Source of the DNA: Octopus sinensis
Taxonomy: Eukaryota
Length of the DNA: 64,000 bases
Reading direction: 5' to 3'
Assembly (NCBI RefSeq): GCF_006345805.1
Contig: NC_042999.1
Coordinates: 128,340,001-128,404,000, forward strand
Position 1 is the first letter of the stretch; each line of letters opens with the position of its first letter. The translations under genes and the position numbers were made by a program. Below are positions 1 to 11,552 of the stretch, one piece after another. Under the pieces are notes generated by a model. That model saw only the letters and a list, made by a program, of their open reading frames with translations, was not told the origin of the DNA and did not search any database.

Positions 1-116
1 GTTTCAGGCATGTAGATATGGGTATCTCATTATGCTCATATTAGCCAGGTGTGATAAGTTAATATGGGGTTATAAATGAGACACTTACAAAAATATCCCA
101 AGGCCTCTTCAGAGAT
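1..116 (-). ncRNA. Hammerhead-ribozyme-like motif (type I, PLE-type), truncated by window start
   Basis: Minus strand reads ATCT-CTGAAGA-GGC..GGATAT[long loop]ATATCT..GCCT-GAAAC to the window edge. The inverted partial copy at 214-269 supplies the missing end GAAAC-AGCT-GTA-AGAT, and AGAT pairs with ATCT as stem I. Confidence 0.6.
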
Positions 117-258
117 TATAAAGTACAATCTAAATATGAATATCAGAGGAGGTACACCCATACAAGAGTGGGTACATACCCATAATATATAATATACACA
201 TACATATGAGTGTGCTAATATGAGCATAATGAGATACCCATATCTACATGGCTGAAAC
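1..258. repeat. Inverted repeat, 45-bp arms (1-45 / 214-258)
   Basis: gtttcaggcatgtagatatgggtatctcattatgctcatattagc is the reverse complement of 214-258 with one mismatch. The left arm probably extends beyond the window. Confidence 0.9.
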
Positions 259-479
259 AGCTGTAAGATGTAGTTTATATTTATATTTATATTTATTTAT
301 ATTTACTTATACATAATGTACTTATTGTATCATATTACTCATTGATGTGCATTGTTTTGTTCTGTACTATTATGTTTGACCTTGATGTTCATATGTAGTG
401 GGTTAATAAATTATGTGATTGGGTATTATCTGGTAGTTGATTATTGATTAAGGTGTATTCCTCCATTTTCTTATTTTGT

Positions 480-488
480 ATATAATAT

Positions 489-536
<48 letters not shown>

Positions 537-557
537 TACATATATATATATATATAT

Positions 558-616
<59 letters not shown>

Positions 617-617
617 G

Positions 618-690
<73 letters not shown>
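480..690. repeat. Compound microsatellite (TA)n-(GATA)n-(GACA)n; representative of very many (TA),(CA),(GA),(TATG),(GATA),(GAT),(AAT) arrays in the window
   Basis: Directly visible. These arrays explain the YIYI/THTH/LSIY ORFs. Confidence 0.98.
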
Positions 691-691
<1 letters not shown>

Positions 692-827
692 GTACTGGAC
701 AGACCCTGAACAAAGCTGGACAGAAAATTATGCCTGGTTGCAGCAGCTCATAATAACCATAAAATATGCCGTATGAAATTGTAAAATAAAAGGAAATAAA
801 TTTGTTATAATTGTTGCTAATACATAG

Positions 828-990
828 GCACAGGAGTGGGTGTGTAGTAAGTAGCTTGCTTACCAACCACATGGTTCCAGGTTCAGTCCCACTGTGTGGC
901 ACCTTGGGCAAGTGTCTTCTACTATAGCCTTGGGCCAACCAAACCTTGTGAGTGGATTTGGTAGATGGAAACTAAAAGAAGCCCACCATA

Positions 991-1031
<41 letters not shown>

Positions 1032-1338
1032 TGTGTTGTTTGTTCCTTCTCGAGCCATGCCTGGCTCATAAGGATCAGTTTCCCGGTTTCTTGGTGTATA
1101 GGTTCCCCTCCTGGACGGGACGCTGGTCCATCGCAGGTGAGCTGCAAGATGCAGGAGGAAAGAGTGAGAGAAAGTTGTGGCAAAAGAGTCAGCAGAGGTT
1201 CGCCATTACCTTCTGCCAGAGCCGCGTGGAGCTTAGGTGTTTTGTTCATAAACACACACACCGCCCAGACTGAGATTCGAACATGCAATCCCTCGACCAC
1301 GAGTCTGCTGCTCTAACCACTAGGCCATGTGCCTCCAC

Positions 1339-1373
<35 letters not shown>

Positions 1374-1525
1374 ATCTATATGTTTGTGACAACAGATGTT
1401 CGGCAAAAGAGGCTAATAGAATAATTACTAGGCTTACAAAGAATAAGTCCTGGGGTTGATTTATTCAATTAAAAATGCAGTGTTCCAGCATGGCCACAGT
1501 CAAACGACTGAGAAGAATAAAAGAA
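828..1525 (+). mobile_element. tRNA-derived SINE family A (head, internal (TG)n, tail), interrupted by a family C SINE
   Basis: Head ggcacaggagtgg..gtggtaagtagcttgc..ggttcagtccc with A/B-box-like motifs; tail ..ccagcatggccacagtcaaacgactga..aaaagaata. More than ten related copies or fragments in the window. Confidence 0.85.
1036..1339 (-). mobile_element. tRNA-derived SINE family C nested in the (TG)n of a family A SINE
   Basis: Minus strand starts ggaggcacatggcctagtggttagagcagcagactc..gttcgaatc (tRNA-like A and B boxes). Flanked by (TG)n on both sides. Confidence 0.8.
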
Positions 1526-1649
1526 TATATATTTATGTACATACACACACACAACTATATATATTCATATGTATGTGTATATGTTTGTATCTATGTGTGT
1601 GCATGGCTCATTGGTGTGAATGCATGTACTTGTTTATGTCGCCAAGTCT

Positions 1650-1875
1650 TGACAAATGATATGAGTTGTAAGCAAGTGACATCCTCATGTGAGTACTGTC
1701 CTTCATTTCCAGTATTCTGTTCATGCGTGTAAACAAGGGATAATATCATTTCACTTGCTAACAGGCGCTGATTGGTGACAGGAAGGGCATCTGGCTGTAG
1801 AAAATCTGCTTTAATGAATACTGCCTGACTCACGAAAGCATGGGAAAATGGATGTTAAAATGATGATGATGATGA
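1650..1875 (+). mobile_element. Retroposon family E ending in (GAT)n (RTE-related tail)
   Basis: ggtgacaggaagggcatctggctgtagaaaatctgc..gcatgggaaaatggatgttaaaatgatgatg. Related copies at ~33050-33295 (+), ~40285-40520 (-) and ~59390-59500 (+). Confidence 0.6.
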
Positions 1876-1947
1876 AGAGGATGAGTTGATAATGATATAA
1901 GCACAAACAAAAGTACAGAAATATACACACTTATGTATACATGAGTA

Positions 1948-1980
<33 letters not shown>

Positions 1981-1981
1981 C

Positions 1982-2012
<31 letters not shown>

Positions 2013-2156
2013 CATCATCGTCGTTTAACGTCCGTTCTCCATGCTAGCATGGGTTGGACGGTTCGACCGGGGTTCTGGGAAGCCAGAAGGCTGCACCAGG
2101 CTCCAGTCTAATCTGGCAATGTTTCTACAGCTGGATGCCCTTCCTAACGCCAACCA
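2013..2156 (-). mobile_element. RTE LINE 3'-end stub with (GAT)n tail
   Basis: Reverse complement of ggttggcgttaggaagggcatccagctgtagaaac..ccaacccatgctagcatggagaacggacgttaaacgacgatgatg. Confidence 0.8.
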
Positions 2157-2289
2157 TCTATATATATATATGTATATAATGGTTCACTTTCATTCTCTCT
2201 CTCTCTCTCTCTCTCTGCCATGATAGATCGTTAGCTCCTACATGCATTTTTTTCTCTCCTTGTTTCTCTCCGTGTTTCTTTTCTGTGTA

Positions 2290-2328
2290 TCTTTCTGTCA
2301 AAGAGCGTAGGCTCGAAACGTAAAAGAC
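2290..2328 (+). ncRNA. Minimal hammerhead-like motif, variant core (CTGTyrA family)
   Basis: CTTT-CTGTCAA-A-GAGC-gtag-GCTC-GAAA-C-GTA-AAAG. Stem I CTTT/AAAG, stem II GAGC/GCTC, palindromic ACGT at stem III. The core deviates from CUGAnGA. Confidence 0.5.
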
Positions 2329-2415
2329 CATTTCTATTTCTATTCCTGAGCGCTATACTAATACATTTGTTTGTTTGTACTCCACCTGCCTTCGTCTTAT
2401 TTTCATAAACTTTCC

Positions 2416-2449
<34 letters not shown>

Positions 2450-2595
2450 CAGTTCTATATTTAAGAGATGAGGCTTAGAAAGAAAAAAACAAGTACTGGA
2501 GACAATTCATTTGACTAAAATTCTTCAAGGTGGTGGCCCAGCATGGCCACAGTTTAATGATTGAAACAAGTAAGAGATTAAAGATAAAAGGTGTA

Positions 2596-2910
2596 TCATC
2601 ATCATCATCATCATCATCGTTTAACGTCCGTTTTCCGCGCTAGCACGGGTTGGACGGTTTCGACCGGGGTCTGGGGAGCCAGGGGCTGCCCCAGGCTCCA
2701 GTCTGGTCTGGCAGTGTTTCTACAGCTGGATGCCTTCCTAACGCCAACCACTCCGCGAGTGTAGTGGGTGCTTTTTACGTGCCACCTGCACAGGTGCCAG
2801 AGGGGTCTGGCATCGGCCACGGTCAGTTGGTGCTTTTTATGTGCCACCTACACAGAAGCCAGTTGGGGCGGTGCTGGCATCGGCCACGTTCCAATGGTGC
2901 TTTTTATGTG
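2596..2910 (-). mobile_element. RTE LINE 3'-end stub including ~63-bp internal tandem units
   Basis: Same terminal sequence as 2013-2156, plus repeated gtgctttttacgtgccacc..ggcatcggccacg units. Confidence 0.8.
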
Positions 2911-3349
2911 GGGGGGGAGGGTGCAGAAATATAGGGGAGCACCAGTGGGGAGGGGTGTTCGGAGAAACGATGACAGATTCTAGACGGTAGAACGTAGGAT
3001 ATCACGAGAGGGGTAATGCATGGTGAAATAGCGTATTGAAGAGGGGGGTTCGAAGAGTAGACACCTATAATGGTGGTGGGAGAAGCGACATCCGGTATAG
3101 ATGGAGCAAAAATATAGAGATATCCGGTATTGGTGGTGGGGGTGGGAAGGGCGGGTGCACCGGGAATATGCGAAGGTTGAACTTGACGGGCTGGCTTAAA
3201 ATGCTCTTAGCAATGGAAGGGGGGAAAGGAAGAGGGGGATGGCAGACAACGTAAAAGAGGGAGAGAGAGAAGGGAATAATAGTATATAATATATATATGT
3301 ATGTATATATATATATGTATATGTTTATATATATATATATATGTATATA

Positions 3350-3411
<62 letters not shown>

Positions 3412-3448
3412 CATATATATATATATATATAATATATATATATATATG

Positions 3449-3592
3449 AGGGCATCCAGCCGTAGAAACACTGCCAAATCTGACTGGGCCTGATGAAGCC
3501 TTCCGGCTTCACAGACCCCAGTTAAACCGTCCAACCCATGCTAGCATGGAAAACGGACGCCAAATGATGATGAGGATGATGATGATGATGAT
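3449..3592 (+). mobile_element. RTE LINE 3'-end stub with (GAT)n tail
   Basis: agggcatccagccgtagaaacactgcc..caacccatgctagcatggaaaacggacgccaaatgatgatg. Further stubs at ~14310-14550, 29400-29617, 32540-32825, 41555-41680, 43147-43480 (-), 44270-44525 and 51270-51465. Confidence 0.8.
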
Positions 3593-3593
3593 A

Positions 3594-3637
<44 letters not shown>

Positions 3638-4094
3638 CATATATATATATTATATAATATATGTATAGTATATGATATATAATATATATGTATATATGTA
3701 TTTATCCAGTGTGATTTAAGAAATGCAGTGGAGTGAAAATTTTCTAAATATGATGATAAGCTTTCACTCTATATTGTCTATAGATAATAGTCTAATATTG
3801 GGGCATATAAACCTGTGATGAATGCCCATTTTTCTCCATTGTGGGTTTGTATACCCTAAAATTAGATTATTTTCTATAGTCGGGAGAGGGAGCTCATCAG
3901 GACCAGGTTGTGTTAGGAGGGTCACTTCAGCCCAGGGCAGAAACACAGCAAGCAAATGACACCGTGTTGAGCAATAGTGGGATTACATCTGTGAATAGTC
4001 ATTGGCTAGCAGCCTGTTCAATACAACTGAACACCAATCTAATTTAAAAACCCTATAAACAGGCCTTCCCCAGTAATATATATATATATATATA

Positions 4095-4140
<46 letters not shown>

Positions 4141-4193
4141 GATAGATAGATAGATATACATACATACATATATACATACATACATACACTTAT

Positions 4194-4243
<50 letters not shown>

Positions 4244-5179
4244 AAAGGGCTTAGTAAAATAAATTACTTTGCCGCATACTGAACTCATTAGAAATAAATG
4301 AATTCGCCTTAAATGGTCCCTTTGCATACTGAATACTTGGTGAAATTGATTAATAATTAATTAATTTTACCCTCAATTGTTGAAATTATATATATATATA
4401 TATATATAAAAATGATGGCCTTCCACAGTTTTCACTGAGTAAATTCTGTTCATAAGATGATTGATCAACTCGCTTTAGTGCTGTCCATTTAGTTTGAACC
4501 AGGAACCCCAGCTTCAAAATTCCATGCAGTACTAAATGCTAAATATATTGACCATTCAATTTCTATTGAGTGGGCAGCAAAAATCTTGAAATTTCTTAGC
4601 AACAGTATTAATAACCAAACCACAACACTTGCAGCTATTGCTGCTGTTGTTGCTACCACTGTCACCACCACCACCTCCACCACCACCACTACTTCCACCA
4701 CCACCACCACCACCAGCAGCACTATTTCTAATCAAACTAGCCAAGTATAAATGTTTGATTCACTATTTAGCTTACATGTAGGCAGTAAACAATTTATATA
4801 TTTGGCAGTATATGTTTACCACATACACCATACAAACTGTCTAAATATATTGATGTATTTATTTATAATATCAAACACATACACACATATATTTTTCATT
4901 ATATATGAGTGAGTGTGTGGGGGAGAGTGTATACGTGTGTATTATGTTATAAATAGGAGGTGGTTGAGTTTGACATACCTTCTAACTTAAAAAAAAAAGT
5001 AGCTGTCTCCAGGTTATTTCTCCTCTTCAACTTTTCCTTGAAAAAGGACTCTGTCTGAAATACTGAATTTTCCATTCCTTAGAACAAGTTCACTGAATTC
5101 TTTTCATCAATTTTACTATAAAATATGTCTTGCTGACGCAGACCAACACCAACATATATATATCTGTTTGTTGATCTAC

Positions 5180-5210
<31 letters not shown>

Positions 5211-5313
5211 CCTGTCTACCTGCCTGTCTACCTGCCTGTCTGTCTGCCTGTCTGTCTGCCTGTCTGATTGTCTGTTTGTCTTTATGTCTGTCTATTTATT
5301 TATCTATCTATGA

Positions 5314-5344
<31 letters not shown>

Positions 5345-5624
5345 TGTGTGTGTGGTGGGATGGAATGGGGTACATGTGTGTGTTTGGGTAAATGCCTAAA
5401 CATTGTGCTTGTATGAAAGTATTGAATTCAAAACAGTCCTTGTCAACATAACTGATACCTTACTTGAAGACGAAATAAGAATTAGTGACGGGGAGTTATT
5501 TTGTTACGAACCAATGCCTCAATAACATGCATTCATTTGACTCATTCTGGCATGGATAAAAATGAACATAAAATGAATAGCTGTATATATCTTTATATAT
5601 ATTGAATTGAATTGAATATATACT

Positions 5625-6210
5625 CTTTTACTCTTTTCTCTCTTTTACTTGTTTCAGTCATTTGAATGCGGCCATGCTGGAGCACCGCCTTTAGTCGAGC
5701 AAATCAACCCTGGGACTTATTCTTTGTAAGCCCAGTACTTATTCTATCGGTCTCTTTTGCCGAACCGCTATGTATAATTTCATTTTTATCTTTTATCTTT
5801 TACTTGTTTCAGTCATTAGACTGTGGCCATGCTGGGGTACCACCTTGAAGAAGTTTTAGTCGAATGAATAAACCCCAGGACATCTTTTTAAGCTTGGTAC
5901 TAATTTTATTGGTCTGTTTTGCTGAACTGTTAAATTATGGGGACATAAACATGCCAACACTAGTTGTCAAGTGGTGGCAGGACAAACACACACACACACA
6001 CCACACACACACACACATACACACACACGCACACACACACGTATACATTGGGCTTCTTTTCAGTTTCTGTCTACCAAGTCCATTCACAAGGCTTTAGTCT
6101 CCCTGAGGCTAGAAAAGAAGACACTTGCTCAAGGTGCTACTCATTGAGACTGAACATGGAACGATGTAGATAAAAAACAAGCTTCTTACCACACAGTCAT
6201 GACTGCACTT
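5625..6210 (-). mobile_element. Two tandem family A SINEs (tail fragment plus near-full copy)
   Basis: Reverse complements of the family A tail at 5625-5770 and of a full element at 5785-6210 with internal (CA)n. Confidence 0.85.
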
Positions 6211-6411
6211 CTTATATATATATATATATATGTAAAAATACAAAATAGGACAAGAACGCAAAACATCCAGACTGCTAGGTGAGACAAAAAGGGACAACAA
6301 AACATCCAGAGAGACGATACAAAGAAAACAAGGATGTGTTATTCAGAGTTTTCTTTCCTCAGATATATATATATATCAGATACTACCATCCAATGAAAAT
6401 GGATCACTTCA

Positions 6412-6507
6412 CTGATGATGTACTGATTCAATGCATTATTTCATATATTATATGATAATATTCTAGCAATAAAGTTCTGGTAAAGTGTTGATGAAACAAT
6501 TGTAGAA
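6412..6507 (+). ncRNA. Degenerate hammerhead-like motif (AATT stem-III family)
   Basis: CTGATGA at 6412-6418 and GAAAC-AATT-GTA at 6493-6504 (palindrome ACAATTGT), separated by a long, poorly paired stem II region. Confidence 0.4.
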
Positions 6508-6968
6508 TTTAGCAATAAAATGCGTTGCTCACTTCATTCTCCTTGTTAAAGTTTATAATATAAAACAGTTTATTATGTTGAGCTCCTCTGCATCAGAAAG
6601 GCAGTAAAATGTCAATAAAATTGGTACCAGTCTTAAATAGGTACCTTGATAGGGAGGGGGCGGGGCTCTAGATTGACCACACTCAAGATCGCAAAACCAG
6701 CAGAATTAAAGAATATATAATGCTGTCCTAGTACTTTGTATCTTATCTTTTTTCTTCTTCTTCTTCTACCTCCTACTTATTTATTCTGTTCATTCTTATC
6801 CCTTTCATTATCATCTCATATATATGTGTTTGTACATATATGTGCGTATGTATATTGTGTGTGAGTATGAATGAGTGTGTTTGTCAGTGTGTTTTTTTAA
6901 TGTTTCTGGATGTTTAAGTATGCTGTGTGTTTTATTTCTGCGTATATTTTTGTATGTTTATGCTTCTA

Positions 6969-7509
6969 CAGGGTCAGGCAAAATGATCTGACACATTTGT
7001 TGGTTAAATAAAAGGCAAATGAAGTAAAGAAACAAAAAAGTGTTTTTATTTTTGAAAAGTACATATAATGCCATTTTGTTTCATTATGTTTTAAAAATTA
7101 AATCAGTCAAATGGGATCCATTATTGTCCACACACTGTCGAAGGCGTTCACGAAAGTTGTCAATAACTCGGCGGGTCATTTCATGCAATTTTTTTCTCTG
7201 GGGATACCTCAAGTCAAAGGTATACATTAATCGCCCTTGATCTCTTGAACAACTTAAAGATGCAATTCGTCAAGAAATTACTGCCATTCCACATGAAATG
7301 GCCCGCCGAGTTATTGACAACTTTCGTGAATGCCTTCGACAGTGTGTGGACAATAATGGATCCCATTTGACTGATTTGATTTTTAAAACATAATGAAACA
7401 AAATGGCATTATATGTACTTTTCAAAAGTAAAAACACTTTTTTTGTTTCTTTACTTCATTTGCCTTTTATTTAACCTACAAATGTGTCAGATCATTTTGC
7501 CTGACCCTG
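6969..7509 (+). mobile_element. Non-autonomous Tc1/mariner foldback element with ~217-bp TIRs and TA target-site duplication
   Basis: TA|cagggtcaggcaaaatgatctgacac ... gtgtcagatcattttgcctgaccctg|TA. Arms 6969-7185 and 7292-7509. Internal transposase C-terminus CNFFLWGYLKSKVYINRP*SLEQLKDAIRQEI..RQCVDNNGSHL. Confidence 0.92.
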
Positions 7510-8766
7510 TATATAGTTTTGTATGTTTCGTGAGCTTTTTTTTTTATGTGTTTGTGTGTCGATGTATGTGTGTCTATGTGTGACTATGTGCTTCTACACG
7601 TATTTTATACTTGTTTGAGTTGTATATGCTTCTATGTCTTTGTCAATATATTTGTGTGTGTGTGTGTGTGCATCTATATGTATTAGTGTTTGAGTGTGTT
7701 TGCAAGTGTAATTACATGGTTTTATGGGTATGTGCATGTAAGCGCACATATCAATATATTTGCCAGTATATATATGTATGTGAGCATATGTATAAGCGTG
7801 TGTGTGAGAGTATGTGTGTTTGTAAGTATATTAAAATATGTATGTGTTTGTGCTTACTAGCATATATATGCATATAGGTGAATGTGGGTATGTTTGAGTG
7901 CAAAATCTTCTGAAATGATCTTCAAGTGTATTGAAGAAAAAAAATCTTTAAAATTTTGACTATTAATTCTGAAAGATTAAGAACAAAAGTTATCCAAATG
8001 ATTTTGTTATATTCTGGTAAACAGAAGCAGACACTTTAAAGAAACGATTATTCCATATTCTATATTTGGTAGTAAAATCAATAAATTGTACTATGTTGTT
8101 CTTTAGCCCCAGTTCAGTACTGATTGAGTAGACCAATGATTAAAAGCTTTCCAATCACAGGCATCCTACCTTTTTCCTATGAGCAAGGATGTTCTTTCCA
8201 ATACAGCAGGATGCGACTTGTAGGAGATTAGGCTGCTATTTCTAGAAGGTTGGACAACCACGTAGAGGGACCCTCAGTGTCACCCATCTCTCATCAGAAG
8301 CTTCATAAGCTTCCATATGTGGCAATGTGCCACCTCCTAGGCAACAGTCATTTGTACACCAAAGTGAAGATAGCACCTGAGTTTTAAACTCCTGTGAAAT
8401 TCTTTAACCCTTGTACTGTGAAAATCAGATACATCCACAACAAACTTCCTTATCCTTAACTGCAGAAAGCAGTTTCATATATCAGTCTATATTTTGTTGA
8501 AGAATGTCATATTTGAAACTATATTTTGTTGAGATATGTCAAATTTATTGAGGCAAAATGACTTGCAGAAAATAGTTCTATTTTTTGGTAGATATTTAAC
8601 ATCATTACTGGAATAACCACAAAATTTAATTTTGCAGTTAAAGAGTTAAGGACCTTGCATACAAGAAGACTGAATTTCTAGCAGACTCCACCAGAGAAAC
8701 CTAATCATCGGTGCCCATGTTTTAACAGGCAAAAAGTCAATATCCAGTAACATCAATGTGGGTGCA

Positions 8767-8984
8767 AAAGGCAGCGAGCTGGCAGAAATGTTAGCATGGA
8801 GTGCAAAAAGCTTAGTAGCATTTTGTCTGTCTTTACATTCTGAGTTCAAATTCTGCTTTGGTTGACTTTGCCTTTCATCCTTTCGGTGTCAATAAATTAA
8901 GTACCAGTTGCATACTGGAGTCAATCTAATCGACTGACCCCCCTCCCCCAAATTTCAGGCCTTGCGCCTAGAATAGAAAAGATT
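8767..8984 (+). mobile_element. SINE family B with 12-bp target-site duplication
   Basis: aggcagcgagctggcagaaatgttagc..gagttcaaatt..gactttgcctttcatcctttcgg..ggccttgcgcctagaatagaaaaga. TSD AATGTGGGTGCA at 8755-8766 and 8985-8996. Confidence 0.88.
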
Positions 8985-9069
8985 AATGTGGGTGCATAAC
9001 TTTGAGTAAGGTGAGGCATGTATCAGACCTAGTTATTGCATTATATGTATCCCTTGTATATCTCCAGTC

Positions 9070-10782
9070 ATCTCAGTCTTTAGAATAGTAAATAACATAA
9101 GAGAATTAATTAGCTGTAGCATGAAGAAATGGAAAGTAGATGTCTACTTAGGTAACACACTGTTAGGGAAAGTTAATATCAAAGGAGGAATTTTCCAGGG
9201 ATCTCGTTGTCCCCTTTAATATTTGTCCTATGACTGATCCCTTCAGTTTAGTATTAAGGAAAGCAAAGGCAAGGTATCAATTCAGAAATAATAAGGGAAA
9301 AATTAACCATTTGCTCTACATGAATGATCTGAAGCATTTTAGTAAGAATGAAAAAGAGATAGATTCCTTAATATAAACTGTAAGACTCTTCAGCAAAGAT
9401 ATAGGCATGGAATTAGGCATAGATAAGTGTGTAATATTAGTCATGAGAAGGGGACAAGTAGTCAACAATGAAGGTATCTCATTACCAGGATCATTGAAAG
9501 GAGGAATGAGCTATAAGTATCTAGGAATATTAGAATCTGACAAGGTACTAACTATAGAAATGAAAACGAAAACTGAGGAGGACATCAGAAGGGAGAGGAG
9601 GCTAATAAAGTCAAAGCTTAATGGTCCGAATCTGGTGAAGGCTGTAAATACTTGGGCAGTATCATTACTTAGATACTCAGCAGCTTTTGTAGATTGTACA
9701 ATATGAATGGAGGTTTCCACCCAAGGGTAGGAGTAGCAAGATTGTACCTACCTAGAAAGGAAGGGAGAAGAGGGTTAATATCTGCAGAAAACTGCATAGA
9801 GTTAGCTAGAGTAGATATAGACTCCTATGTAGGTAATAATAAAGAAAGTTTTTTTAAAAGCTGCTAGAGTCACAGCAAGACATAGGGAAACCAAAAACTC
9901 AAACAAAGTTAAAAAACCAGAAAAAAGAACAGAAATTATCTGACTGGCAGGAGAAGGTATTGCATGGTAGATTCCCAAAGATAGTTGCAGCAAATAGTAG
10001 TAGTAAGACATAGTTATGGTTGCAGAAAGTAAAGCTGAAGGAGACAGAAAGTTTGTTAGTAGCTGCATAAGATCAAGCATTAAGGACTAATTGGATAAAA
10101 ACCAAGATAGACAAAAACCACGTAGATTCCCATTGTAAATTATGCAAACCAAAAGAGGAAAGCATTACTCATGCTGTAAGTGAATGTAGCATTGTGGCAC
10201 AGAAAGGATACAACAAAAGATATGACAATCTAGAGAGAGTAATCTGCTGGGAGCCAAGTAGAAAGCTAGGATTTGAACATACTGATAAATGGTATGAACA
10301 TGAACCTAGTAAAGTACTAGAAAGTAAGAAATATAAGATGTGGGATATCAACATTCAGACTGATAGAGTAATAGAAGCTCGAAGGCCTGATTTGGTAGTA
10401 GTAGATAAAGACAATAGAATGCGCCAAATAATTAACTTTATTGTTCCAAATGATGAAAATATTAATATGAAAACTATAGAAAAATAGCAAAGTACCAGGA
10501 ACTAGCTACTGAATTACAGAGACTATGGAAAGTGCGGATAAAATGTATCGCAGTGGTTATAGGTGTATTGGGAACTATCTCTAAAGATCTGAACAGATGG
10601 ATAGAGGAAATAGGCGTAAAACCCAGAAAACAGTGTTATTAGGAACAGCTAGGATACTTTGGAGGGTTCTTGGCATCTAAGGTAACTTGCTGTAACCCAA
10701 TAAGAGGGTTCTTGGCATCAACTTGTAGCTCAATATTAGGATTTTTTCTTTTCCAACAGTTTAATCTGTTGAGTGTATATGA
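9070..10782 (+). mobile_element. 5'-truncated, decayed R4/Dong-type non-LTR retrotransposon (RT, CCHC knuckle, restriction-like endonuclease)
   Basis: Frameshifted motifs: GIFQG..LSPLIF, INHLLYMNDLK, YKYLGILE, AVNTWAVSLLRYS, CKLC..ESITHAVSEC, WDINIQTDRVIEARRPDLVVVDK (PD..D/E). Ends in (AAT)n. Confidence 0.92.

Positions 10783-10848
<66 letters not shown>
10783..10848. repeat. (AAT)22 array between two R4/Dong elements
   Basis: Directly visible. Confidence 0.95.
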
Positions 10849-10849
<1 letters not shown>

Positions 10850-11495
10850 GACAAGAAACAATAAATCATATTATCCCTGGCTGCCCAGTCCTGGCTAAGA
10901 AGGAATATATTCACAGACATGACAGAGTTGGGACCTACATACACTGGAAGCTATGCCAACATTATGGAATAACAACAGAAAATAGATGGTATAGGCACAC
11001 ACCAGAAAAGGTCACAGAAAACGAGAAAGCAACCATACTCTAGGATATGCCAATACACACAGATAGAGAGAAATTAAGGTCAATAGGCCAAATATAGTTG
11101 TCAGAGATCATGAAGAAAACAAATGCTTTCTAATTAATGTATCAATACCAGCAGATGACAACGTGTCTCTAAAAGAAATGGAGAAACTTTCAAAATACAA
11201 AGACCTGGGAATAGAGGTAACTCGAATGTGAAGTCTAAAAACAGAAACAATTCCTATCATAGTAGGCACATTAGGTATGATAAAAAATATTCCAACAAAT
11301 ATATAACAAAAATACCAGGACTTACAAATACATATAACATACAGAAAATTGCACTACTGGGCACTGCACACATCCTACGCAAAACACTTTCAATACAGTA
11401 ACTATCGGAGCATCACAACAAATCACAGCACATACCCAAGGCACAGAGAGCTGCGCTCGGTAGTGAAGTGAAAGCACGCTATAAAAATGAAACTA

Positions 11496-11498
<3 letters not shown>
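10849..11498 (+). mobile_element. Second 5'-truncated R4/Dong-type element (different family), RLE domain and 3' UTR
   Basis: QETINHIIPGCPVLAKKEYIHRHDRV..WYRHTPEKV..DMPIHTDRE..NRPNIVVRD..KYKDLGIE..IALLGTAHILRK*. Followed by (AAT)n at 11499-11552. Confidence 0.92.

Positions 11499-11552
<54 letters not shown>

Noticed and set aside
1270-1339. tRNA-like sequences at SINE heads (also 828, 21915, 34692, 42633, 55149)
   Set aside because: No complete cloverleaf, and each continues into a SINE body, so they are not tRNA genes.
3490-3512. CTGATGAAGCC-ttcc-GGCTTC hairpin resembling a hammerhead start
   Set aside because: No GAAA or stem III follows. It is a mutated copy of ctggtgcagccttc in the RTE terminus.
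3840-3900. Minus-strand CTGATGAGCTCC..GGAGAAAA
   Set aside because: The second half of the core and the cleavage triplet are not identifiable.
5036-5066. cttgaaaaaggactctgtctgaaatac, a possible decayed hammerhead
   Set aside because: Too many core mismatches, and no convincing stem I or III.
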